DNA of 56,220 nucleotides, filler included, from Stramenopiles sp. TOSAG23-3 (Eukaryota): NCBI GenBank assembly GCA_900128585.1. It is 6 parts of 6 records of this genome, joined end to end, with 100 filler letters (N's around TTAATTAATTAA, not from the genome) between each part and the next. Parts side by side here need not be neighbours in the genome. Positions count along the whole stretch, not along the records: positions 1 to 16,773 come from LT642479.1; 5 more parts are not named here. One strand, 5' to 3'. Shown piece by piece: positions 1 to 11,010 of this stretch (position 1 is its first letter; each line of letters starts with the position of its first letter). The notes under the pieces were generated by a model. It saw only the letters and a program-made list of their open reading frames with translations, ran no database searches and was not told where the DNA came from. The position numbers and the translations under genes were made by a program.

Positions 1-34
1 CCCTACTAACCCTAAGCGACTTTTCGAAATTTTT

Positions 35-505
35 TTGAAAACTAAGTTGCAAGACCCATTGTGTGACGCTATAAAACGCACGGAAGGGTTAGGTGTGACG
101 AGGCGTAATAAGGAAATCTCTAAAGTCCTCGGCCGTGAAGGTAACCCTACTAGATACAAAGCCTTAAAATCGCCGGATGAGATCATTAAGGACCAGGCGA
201 AAGTCTTTCAGGAAGCCTTGTATGCTTCTGTGCGAATGCAAAGAGAATACCCAAACCCAAAAAGTTTGTATGCTTCTGTGCGAATGCAAAGAGAATACCC
301 AAAAGGTTACCTTGGAAAAGTGAAATTGGAACCAAAACAACAAGAAAAATTGGCTGTTGCTTCATATACATTGGAAATACTTAAATTATTTGAGCCACTA
401 ATGGAGTTGTGGCGCTTTAATGGAATCATTGGTATGGTATGGTTGAAATGGCTGATCAAGATTGTAAGAGGAAATTACGATAACCTTATGAGACGACAAT
501 CATGA
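35..505 (+). other. Short ORF of unknown nature, possibly a degenerate mobile-element or gene fragment; contains an internal duplication
   Basis: 156-aa ORF with a non-ATG start and no recognisable motif. LYASVRMQREYP occurs twice. Confidence 0.2.
218..303 (+). repeat. 38-bp perfect direct repeat, 2 copies, 48-bp period
   Basis: TTGTATGCTTCTGTGCGAATGCAAAGAGAATACCCAAA at 218-255 and 266-303. Confidence 0.9.
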
Positions 506-1545
506 TTGATTGATTCCCCTTAAAACATATAACACATACAGGAAGGTTTCCTAGAAACAAAACTCAAGTTTACAGTTTGGTTTGCCCTTCATAATTAATA
601 TTAATATCATAGTATAACGCAATTGTNNNNNNNNNNNNNNNNNNNNNNNNNNNNNNNNNNNNNNNNNNNTAAAATTACCCAATAATATTCATAAAGTCCA
701 TACCTCGTAGCTATATAATAATTATTAAATAATACCAACATTCTATATAAGAACACGAACTATTATAAAGGTATGCTGTGTACCTAATATAAGTACAACT
801 ATGAAAACCATAGTTAACAGTTACTTTAGAATACGACCCACTTCCAAATTCGGTGGTGGAATATAAACCCTATTATATAACACTATGTTCTTAAGAAGAA
901 ATAAAAAAAATAAAAAATGAATCAAAGAAGTATTATATAGTGGTGTGTTGTTGTTGTATACAATTTAGATATATTTTTAATATTTAATATGAATCAATAT
1001 CAATATTAAAATAGTGTGTAGAGCAGACAGAGCATATTAGCTAACGTGTACAGAGTACAGAGTACAGAGTACAGAGTACGGAACAACGTAGGATGTTGGA
1101 TTCCTCCTTCTTCTTCTTTCATGCAGTATTTTCTTCTTTTACATCAAATAACATTGAATAACATCTAAAATGACGAAAAAACTTATAATTTTAACCAAAA
1201 AAAGTTCTCTTTTATTTTCCACTCTACGCATTTATAGGAAATTATTAATTAATAAATATTATTACAAAAAATCATCATTGAATTTTATTGACTCACTGCT
1301 GCTACAGTATTTATTATTGGATTATAGTTTTTTAATCAAGAAGGACCCTCTGGACACAAAACCGGTTAAGTACAATATCTGAAAACAACAATGGCGTAGA
1401 TTATATAAGTTCGTAGATAATTAATAAACCACACACATATAATACAGTGTTTACGCTAAACCGCCAACTATTTTCTTTAATTCTTTCTTTGTAATTTGAT
1501 TTCGCCTGAATTTGAAGATAATCACAATAGGATTACTTATTCCGC

Positions 1546-4500
1546 ATGGTCTTCAGTTTACGAAAGCAGCGGTACAAAGGTAAACTGACCCCAGAAATAC
1601 TGCGTGCACTGGAGAACGAACACTGCAAGCTGACAAGTTTGGACCTAAGTTATAACGATATCGCAGACGCGGGGGCAACTGCCCTTGCCCGTGCACTGGA
1701 GAACGAACACTGCAAGCTGACAAGTTTGAACCTACACCGTAACGGTATCAGAGCCGCGGGGGCAACTGCCCTTGCCGGTGCACTGGAGAACGAACACTGC
1801 AAGCTGACAAGTTTGAACCTAAGGAGAAACGGTATCGGAGACGCGGGGGCAACTGCCCTTGCCCGTGCACTGAAGAACGAACACTGCAGGCTGACAAGTT
1901 TGCACCTAGGGTATAACGGTATCGAAGACGCGGGGGCAACTGACCTTGCCCGTGCACTGGAGAACGAACACTGCAAGCTGACAAGTTTGAACCTAAGGTA
2001 TAACAATATCGAAGACGCCGGGGCAACTGCCCTTGCCCGTGCACTGGAGAACGAACACTGCAAGCTGACAAGTTTGAACCTAAAGAGTAGCGGTATCGAA
2101 GACGCGGGGGCAACTGCCCTTGCCCGTGCACTCGAGAACGAACACTGCAAGCTGACAAGTTTGGACCTAAGACAAAACTATATCTTTGACGCGGGGGCAA
2201 CTGCCCTTGCCCGTGCACTGGAGAACGAACACTGCAAGCTGACAAGTTTGAACCTACGCGAAAACNNNNNNNNNNNNNNNNNNNNNNNNNNNNNNNNNNN
2301 NNNNNNNNNNNNNNNNNNNNNNNNNNNNNNNNNNNNNNNNNNNNNNNNNNNNNNNNNNNNNCGGTATCGAAGACGCGGGGGCAACTGCCCTTGCCCGTGC
2401 ACTGGAGAACAAACACTGCAAGCTGACAAGTTTGGACCTACACTGGAACGGTATCAAAGCCGCAGGGGTTAACGCCATTTACAATGCCCTGGAGTCTCGT
2501 AGCACACCATCCACTTTGACGAACCTATCCCTTTACACACGCCCAGATGATAGCACCCTTCCCCCTGAACTAAAAAACAAATCCTGGAACAAAATCCTCG
2601 CCTACTTGCGATCCCTCCACCACTCCGATACCACGACGGGGGGGAACATCAAGCTCTTGCTCATCGGCCCCGGCGCTGCAGGGAAAACCACGTTGCGCAT
2701 ACGGTTGGAAAAACAACAGTTTGAAGAAACAGAGCAAACGGACGGGATTGAAATCACGCGCCTCAAGTTGAAAGCAGCCGGTGCGAACGCGGTAGACCTT
2801 CACGTCAACGTGTATGACCTTGGGGGTCAAGACGAGTACATGGCAACCCACCCGTTGTTTATGGAAGCACGCTCGATCCATTGCCTTACCGTAGACTTGC
2901 AAGCTTACGCGCGCAACCCAACCGCAGTCTCACCCCAACGGTTCGTCCGCAACGTCCGCGCCCGGCTTGGGGATAAGGCGATCATCATTCTGGTCGGGAC
3001 GCATGCAAGTGATGTTGTTTCAAATTCGGTTCCTCTCGACCTAGCAAAGCAGCTAAATGTAGATAAGAACTTGAACGTTCGTGGTGACCACGTCTTCGCC
3101 ATCGACTCAAAGACCGGGTATGGCTTGAAAGAATTCATAACTGGCGTTCGAAACCTTGCATTCAGCTTACCCCACGTGAAACAAATCGTTCGCAATGAAT
3201 GGCTACAATTTCTTGTGCGCCTAAACGATGAACGCGCACGACGTAAGTTTATGGTTCGGGACGATGTGATCGGCCTGGGCACGGCGGTAGAGTTCAACAT
3301 GAGCGAAGACGACGCGAAGCTTGCCCTCGATTTTTTCTACGGGTGGGGGGAGATTTATTACAACAGCAATGCTCCCGAACTAAAGGATTGGGTAGTCCTG
3401 GAGCCGCGATGGATTGCGGACGCCCTGGCGTGTGTTATTGGGCCAACTAACACCAGGCGCAATGATTTGGAAAACGGCCCAGGCCCTTCGAAAAGGCAAC
3501 GTACTGCCCAGACTGAGACACGCCGCGATTGCATCAAAATGGGCATGTTAAAGTACTCTGACTTGGAACGTGTATGGCCAGAAGATACGTTTGGGAACGA
3601 TCCCAACGCCCGAACGTACCTCTTGCGCGTCATGCAAAACCTTGAGTTGGCACACGCAGTGTTGAGCAGCGAAGGGGTCCTACAAGATTATTGTTTGGTC
3701 CCAGCCATGCTACCACGGTCGCGACCTTCGCAAGTTGGCGTGTCGCTTGCCAACGATCGCCGTCGGAGGCGAATTAAAATCACCTTCGACATGGAATTTT
3801 TACCACAAGAATTTTTTCCAAAACTCCTGGTTCGACTTCGTCGATTTGTCGTACCACAAGGAAGCTGGTTCGACGGACGGGAGCTAAAGCAGGGGGGGGC
3901 AAGTCTCCGGCACCCAAACGTAGATGGAGTTGATGGCTTGTTAACATTTTATCACCAGTTAACGCACTGGAGATTTGCCATTGAAGTGTGGGGTACACGA
4001 GAAGATTCAAACGTGATGCAGCAAGCGTGCATGTTTCGAGGCGATATTCTTTCATGCTTTTGGTACACGTGTGATCTGTACGCGGAACAATGGGTCGAAA
4101 TAAGCGACCTGAACCTTGTATCAGAATTCGACAAGGTGCTGTCGGTGGAAGAAGCAAAAGAAGACATGATTGAAGAAGAGTCAGTTCCCATGTTTCGACA
4201 TCCCGGGAAACGGCCAAACAAAGTAGCAGCACTGGTGGACGATTTGTTGCCCATTATTATACAACGCGACCCAGCCGTTTACGACAATATTATGAATCAA
4301 AGCGACCGTGACCTTCAATTATTGCGGCATCTCACCACTGTTATGCTAGAACAACAGCTCCCAGACCGGCTACGCGGACAGAGGGCGCCGCCATTATTGT
4401 GGTTGCTGCTCCCCTCTGACGTAGATTTCGCACAAATTCCCGAAGACCGTGAGTTGGGCGCACATAGTGCGCAGCCAGGGCTTATGTACACTGGCTCGCT

Positions 4501-6829
4501 TGATCTGTATGCCCCGATGAGACCCCGGAACGAACCTTCCCTGCACGACCACAGGACATGGAACACAACTACCTTCTCTCTGCATGCCTTGTCCGAACCC
4601 CCAAACAAGGCCATGCAGTGGCATCTCACGGGCGTGCAGTGTCCAATTGACCCTGCGCAAATCAAAGGTTTAACGGCAACAAACATTGCCAGAACGTTAC
4701 GCGCTGCTGCGCGAACAGGGGTTAAAGGCCTTGCGGAATACCTTAGTGAGCGCAGCGAGCAAACTATAAACGTAAAGGAATATCTAAATCAATTGGCAAC
4801 GGCTGTACAGGAACAATCGCCTCGCAGTGACTCGTCAAATGTAGAACCGCCAGACTGGGAGGCGCGCACGCGAGCAGCGGAACGGTCTGACATGGTGCCA
4901 ATGATAGATTACGGAATCACGCAGACACGGCGACGCCTATGGTGTGAGCGTAACCACATGGACTCAGCAACAAAGTCCATGCTGGATGTACAGAGTTATC
5001 AGGAGGAACATCAGTTCAGACAAAACGCCCCGTGGCGTTTGCAAGTTCCTGGTGCAGGGTTCGCCAACAGGAGAGAGAAGGAAGAGTTTGCGCAGCGTAT
5101 TGTTCACAAGAGCGGCGGCAAACAGAAATGGTTTGACCTAATGGAAGTGCACGATGTAATCCCAAGTACACGTGTATATGGAGAGGAAGTCGCGTTTCTC
5201 ACCAAAGCACGTAAACTTGTTCGGCGCTACCGTGATTCGTGGGACGTGTTCCAGCCACAATGGGGTAATCCCGGATACGTACGCGATGGTATTCGTGTTA
5301 ATAAAAAGCCGTTGTCGCATATACCATGGCGAGAGAGCCTCATGACAACGTTCAAAAACCGGCCAGATCAACAAGACAACGAACATGGAGAGAAGTATTT
5401 GGAACAGATAGAACCGCTGCCTCCTGGCACCGCCACCCCTGTCCATGTCCACACCGTGTTTCATGGCGTCCCGAGTATGGCAGTGGCTGAGAAAGTTATG
5501 AACACAGGGTTTGCTCAACTGTCAAAAACAGATGAAGGTTGGTACGGCAAAGGAATTTATTTTAGCCATGACATTGATTACGCTCTAATCCCTGAATACG
5601 CGAAAGAAGATTTGCAGTCTAAAGTGAAGACTATTATTGTATGCCAGGTGGTCGCGGGAAACCCGTATCCGGTAATTGAACATCCCGAAACACCGAAGAA
5701 CAGATCGCTGAAAGGGAAAGCACCAGTGTCCCCGCATGATTCGCATTATGTGCATGTTTCCGCGACGGATAGTTATTTGCCCGTAGAGCCAGCTGCCGGG
5801 CAAGAGAGCGATTATGAAACGTACTCTGAACTCGTTGTCCAAGAACCGGACCAAATCCTTCCATTATTTGTTTTGCAAGTGCGGGATACATTTATGGATG
5901 CGGCGAAGCATTGCTACGATGAGTATTTTTGGAAACCATACAAACGTCCCCCCCCCAATGCATCAAGGAAACTGAAAAAAGCGTGGAAAGTCGACTTTAA
6001 AGCTGTTTGTGGCATTGAACGCCCAAACCATGGACTCGCCAATGCAGTTCGCAAAGCCATGCTGGTGAAACCGCTCCTAAAATTGTACCAGGAGCATGCA
6101 ACAAACAATCGAAACGGTTTTCTAGCAATCACGCGTGAAGAAATTTTGGCCCTGCAACTGCTGCTGTTGTTTTCGACGACAGGGCGTGAATCGGAAATTA
6201 GCTACTCTGATGATGCAACCATCTACAATCGTTTCCGCGACGCATCCTGCGCTGCGCTTGAACAATTTAGTAATTTATCGGCGCCCCCCCGCCTCGAACC
6301 CGCTGCTATGGCAAAATGCATTGCTGCATTCAGAAATATGTACCAACAGCCTGCTTCGCCAATTCAAATTGTGCTAGAACGAACTTGGGATTTAGACCTG
6401 TTTCGGTGTTTGACTGCCCTAGATATGGGAGGGAGACTTGAAAACATTAAGGAAGAGCTTGGCAACGATGACCGTGCAGAAACTTATGCCGCTAAGTGTT
6501 CGATTATGGCGCTGAAAGCGATTCGAGCAACTGGGGATAGGGTTTTTTCGCCGCACACGGGTTACAATCCAGATCTGTTTCCCAATTGCAGTCAAGATGC
6601 CCATGCATGTGTGTCAGCAATTCAAATGGCGTGGAGATTTCCCGAAAAATACAACGGACAGCATGACGACACTTGTCGTTCTTGCCAAGGTAGTGATTCT
6701 CCAGGAAACGACCTACTGTACTGCGATACATGTAATTCTGCTTGGCACTTGCAATGCTTGGACCCACCCTTGGACAACGTACCGCCTGGAGACTGGTCTT
6801 GCAAAGTATGCCTTCAAGGAGTTTGGTGA
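1546..6829 (+). CDS. Roco-family multidomain protein: LRR array, ROC GTPase, COR, unknown region, PARP-like ADP-ribosyltransferase, SidE-like phosphodiesterase, PHD finger. One gene interrupted by the N gap at 2266-2361.
   Basis: ORFs 1546..2265 and 2363..6829 carry the same LRR unit on both sides of the gap. ROC motifs: GPGAAGKTT, QTDGIEI, YDLGGQ, VGTHASD, IDSKTGYG. COR motifs: WGEIYY...WVVLEPRWIADAL, YCLVPAMLP, FLPQEFFPKLLVRL. ART motifs: VFHGVP, GWYGKGIYFS, YSELVVQEPDQILPLFVL. PDE-like motifs: RPNHGLAN, GRESE, DLDLFRC, ATGD. C4HC3 PHD at the C-terminus. Confidence 0.88.
1603..2470 (+). repeat. Tandem 87-bp (29-aa) ribonuclease-inhibitor-like LRR coding repeats, at least 9 units
   Basis: Units begin with CTGACAAGT at 1630, 1717, 1804, 1891, 1978, 2065, 2152, 2239 and 2423. 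Consensus LTSLxLxxNxIxDAGATALARALENEHCK. The gap inside the array leaves the true copy number uncertain. Confidence 0.95.
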
Positions 6830-7695
6830 TGAGTGGAGAGCGAGTAACCAACCAATTTAGCGTAGCCTGCTAGCCCGGTCAAGTCGCATTGATAACATTT
6901 TAAAAACTTAATGTGTGTTATTTATCCAAGGTAGTTTTTACTTTTTATTAAGTTGACTGTCGACGTGTCAGTCACTCGCTGTCTTCACTCTTTTTTCCCC
7001 CTCTAACCCTAATCCTAACCCTATAAACCAAATTGTTTATTTTTTTTTTATTTTTTTTTTGAATTCTATAATATTTCATTCAATATTAATAATAACAGGT
7101 ACATAGCATAGATAAGCAGTGTTCTTTTTAATTTTTGATATATAGTTACAACACATTTATTTCGTCAATTATTACAATGGAATAGTATTGAATAATTGAA
7201 ATTAAATAATAGAAATTAACAACAACAATATGAAGACTTACTAATTAATTACTAAAGAATTGAAGAAAAGGGTGTAATTAATATAATATAGAAATAGCAT
7301 AGCAATTATATTAAAAAAAAGAAAAAGAAGGAAAGAAAGAAGAAAAACACAAAATAAATAATAATAATAATCAAAAGAAGAAGAAGAATTTGAAAAAAAA
7401 CAATTTACAAACGAAGAACAAAATTGAAAAGATTGAAATGCAAAACAGTCACAGACACAACTGGAAGGAGAAGAAAATAAACACAACACACAACAAATCA
7501 GCATATACATAGAATAATCATTGAAGAAGAAAAAGGAAGGACGGAAAGAAAGAAAGAAAGAAAAGAATAGTTAGTTGTGGTAGAAACTAGTTTTTGGTCT
7601 TGACCGAGTGAACAACGCAGCCCGTCGTCCATAGATTATAAAGGAAGCGCTCGGCTTGGTGTTCTTGCATTTGTTCTTATTGCTGCTGAGATATT

Positions 7696-9893
7696 TTGGG
7701 CATGGAAAATTATTATAAAGTAAAGGAGAGCGGTTTGCGAAGGTCTTCGTCTGGGTCTGGGCCGGGAATGCCGCCCGTGTCTCCCTCTGGGCCGTCTGCG
7801 ATGAGGACGTTCCCGTCCGCAGCAATGGTAAGCTCGAGCCTTGGCTCGTCGTCGGAGTTCTCCGTGTCGTCGTCGCAGGAGGGAATTGGCCTGTCCGGTG
7901 GAAGGACCGTGGACTGGAGCAAACGAACGGAACGATCGAGGCGAAAGCGGGAGAACCGGGCCAGGGCCCTTCATTACTGGAAACTAACGACGGAACGAAA
8001 GTGTACCGTTGCGTGGAAGGCGTACGCTCGGGAGGCTCGTTACAAGATGGAGTTCTGGGGAAGGATCTCGGTCGTTCGCGGAAACCTCTCCCTGCGCCGC
8101 CGCTGTTTTCGCCGCTGGACCAGGCTGCCCCGGCTCATGAACGACCGGAAGCACAAGCTCAGGACGTCGTACAAGTACAGCGCGTTCCGCCTCTCCCGAA
8201 AATTCTTTCGCGCGTGGCAGGCCTCCGTGGCCGCCTCCGACGGGGGTGCCCCCCCGCAGGAGGAACGCCAGCCCCTCGGCCGCCAGAGCACGCTCCGCAG
8301 GTATTTTTCCCGCCTGGCCTCGTACACGGCCTACCGCTTGAACAGAACGGAGCAGTACAGGATCGCGAGACGGCACCTTTACCGCCGCCGCCTGTCCGTT
8401 GCATTTAGAAAGATTCGAAAGAACGTAGAGGTGGAGCGAGCGGAGTGCTCCAAGATGGACGCGTTCGCGACCGCCAACTCCATGCGGAGCGTGCTCCGGA
8501 CCTGGCACAAGGCCTGCCTCACGCCGACGGAGGGCCAGCTTCGTCTCGCCCGGGCCGCGTGCGAGGAGAGGAGGAAGCGGTTCGCCGTCCGGGCACTGAA
8601 AAAGTTTTCCATCGCGTCCATCGCGTCCTCGCGGCGGCGAGCACAGCTTTTGTCTGCGAAGAAGAAGCGGCGGCTGTTCGGGGCGTGGGCAAGCGCCGCC
8701 GCGATCTCGCGAACGTACAAGAGGATGGCGGAAAAGGCCGCGGACCACGACAGGTTCGTGACAAAAAGGTCTTTTCTTCGCCGGTGGGCCGCGGCCGCGA
8801 GCATTTGCAAGGGCGAGACGAAGTTGAAAAGTCTCAAAGCGTCCGCGACGCGAAGATGGCTTCGATCGCCACCGCCCACGCAAACGCGAAGGCGCTCTCG
8901 AAGGGTGTCCTCACCTGGCGCGCGTACCGCGACCGATGCCTTTACCGACGCCAGACCAACCAGAAAGCGACGGCGCACCGGAACAGAGTCGACAAGCTGC
9001 ACGCCATCGCATCGTGGCGAGGGTTCTCTGCCAGCTCGAAGCGGAGGCGACAGCAGAACGCCAAAGCAACCGACTACTGTCGCCGCAAGATCCTCAAGGT
9101 GTCCGTGTCGACGTGGTCGCGGTACACGCGCGCCGAGCGCCGCGAGCGAGAGTCGTTTCTGCACAGGGAGGAGCTCAAGAAGGCAAAGAAGCTGGAGAGG
9201 CAGTACCTCATCGACGTTGGCGAGCGGGTGATCGTGAGGGCGAGGCGCCCGGTGCCCCGGGTGTCCCGGGAGGTGTTTGACGACGACGACGACGCCACGC
9301 CCGCCGCCGGCCTTCTCGACCGTTTGCAGTCCCCGGCCCCCGCCCCCCGCGGCCTTCAGGACGGGTTCGTGGGGGCCTCCGCGTACAGCTTTCACGGCGG
9401 CCGCTCGAACAGTGCGCCCTCGCCCTCGAAGGAGAAGGATTACTCAGCAATCCCGGCGCCGAGAACAACCCCATCGTTCCCTGCCCCGCCGCGCCATTCG
9501 GGAAAGGAGAACCGGTTTTTGCAGTCCCCGCCGAGCGCGAAGGCGTCGCCGAAACGGTCGGTTGCGACGTCCATCGACGGGAGCTTGCTGGGGCATGCGC
9601 CCCCCGCGGAACCAGCGCCCGGGAAACCCGCGGCGAAAAGGACCAAGGCTGCCGAGACGGCAGAGTACGAGGAGGAACGCGCCCGGCTCTTTAAGGTGCT
9701 GCAGTCGGAGCAGTCTACCGTGGTCGTGTTCGAACAGAGCCTTGCCTCGACGGAACTCCCAGAGCTCGACACTGTCATCAAACTGGAACGTTCAAAGCGG
9801 AAGGTGAAGCAGTTGGAAGGCCAGATGTCGGCGTTGGAGAGGACCCATCGAGAAGGCCTCGGGGTTGCCCACGAAGATTTCGATGATTACTGA
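7696..9893 (+). CDS. Sfi1-like centrin-binding repeat protein with an apparent single-base frameshift near 8840
   Basis: Recurrent basic helical repeats ending in Trp: RRCFRRW, RKFFRAW, RSVLRTW, RRLFGAW, RSFLRRW in the 7696 frame, continuing as SKGVLTW, LHAIASW, KVSVSTW in the 8445 frame. Pro-rich linker and C-terminal coiled coil. Confidence 0.6.
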
Positions 9894-10113
9894 GAGGATG
9901 TGAAGAAACGAGGGGAAGAAGAGAAGAATAGGTTTCTTAACCAATTATAAAGAGGAAAAGAAACCGTTGTAAATATAGCAGGTGTACATATGAGTTGTTG
10001 TTTTATAAACCGTTTTACCAGGTACCAAGAGGAGCTCTATGGCAAAATTTGGCCGCCATGGTGGTCTGGCAACGTGCTCGTGGGAAACATGGATCGACCC
10101 GAACGGCCACTGT

Positions 10114-10497
10114 TTAATCCCCAAGAATGAGCTCGCGCACCAAGTCCTCCTGCTGGCTCTGGGAGTCATTCAACCGTATGGCTGGGTTGTTCCAATTCAT
10201 CAACGTGGGCACGCACGTGAGTCGAACGACGCCGTCTTTCCTGTAAACATAGTTGGGGTCCCGGTACTCGGAACGGTCGCACGAGGCAACCAACAGCACG
10301 CTGTCTTTCGTCTCCCCCATCACCTTCTTGATGACGGGGTCCGCTCGCACACAGTCGCCGCACCACGACCTCCCTGTACTTTCCTGGACTGCCCCCGTGA
10401 ACAACACGAACACGTTGCTCGCTTGGCCCTTCGCCTCGGCGACTTTTGCCTGAAAATCTACCGTATTGCCACAAAACACTTCCTTGAACGATGCCAT
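10114..10497 (-). CDS. TXNDC17: Thioredoxin domain-containing protein 17 (TRP14-like)
   Basis: 127 aa; FVLFTG...GRSWCGDCVRADPVI, DRSEYRDPNYVYRK, LTCVPTLMNW. Active site WCGDC versus canonical WCPDC. Confidence 0.85.
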   Translation of the reverse strand: MASFKEVFCGNTVDFQAKVAEAKGQASNVFVLFTGAVQESTGRSWCGDCVRADPVIKKVMGETKDSVLLVASCDRSEYRDPNYVYRKDGVVRLTCVPTLMNWNNPAIRLNDSQSQQEDLVRELILGD

Positions 10498-10721
10498 TGC
10501 TGTATACTGCTCGCAATTGTTGTACGTATATATACGTAAAGTATAACAAAGTGTTGGGAAAGGATGAGTAGATATTTATTTACAAAAAAAAGAAATTTCA
10601 CCTAAGAAGAAAGGAAAGATATTATAAATAATGCTGCGTATTTTGGATAAAATAGACGACGACTTATTATTTTATTAAACTAAAACTAACTAATAATATC
10701 ATCATCATTTATTTTAATTAA

Positions 10722-11010
10722 AGAAGAGAAGGAAAAAAAAAGAAGAAGAAAAGAAGAAAGAAAGAAGAAGAAAAAAAGAAAAAGAAAAGAAGAAAAGAAG
10801 AAGAAGAAAAGAAGAAACGAAGAAGAAAAGAAGAAGAAGAAGAAGAAAGAAGAAAAGAAGAAGAAAGAAGAAGAAGAAGAAGAAAAAAGAAGAAGAAGAA
10901 GAAGAAGAAGAAGAAAGAAGAAGAAGAAAGAAGAAGAAAGAAGAAGAAGAAAGAAGAAAAGAAGAAGAAGAAGAAAGAGAAGAAGGCTTCTTTCTTCTTC
11001 TTCTTTTTTA
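10722..11010. repeat. Imperfect (GAA)n polypurine tract followed by an inverted (TTC)n stretch
   Basis: About 260 bp of almost pure A/G GAA units, then CTTCTTTCTTCTTCTTC. Confidence 0.9.

Noticed and set aside
218..303. Two 38-bp repeats as a mini-CRISPR
   Set aside because: Only two copies with a 10-bp spacer; a simple local duplication.
1048..1079. (GTACAGA)x4 tandem repeat
   Set aside because: Ordinary short tandem repeat with no further structure.
1630..2470. 87-bp repeats with short variable cores as a CRISPR array or DGR target
   Set aside because: The units are in-frame LRR codons with only a few variable bases, not spacers. There are no cas genes, and no template repeat or RT for adenine-specific mutagenesis is visible.
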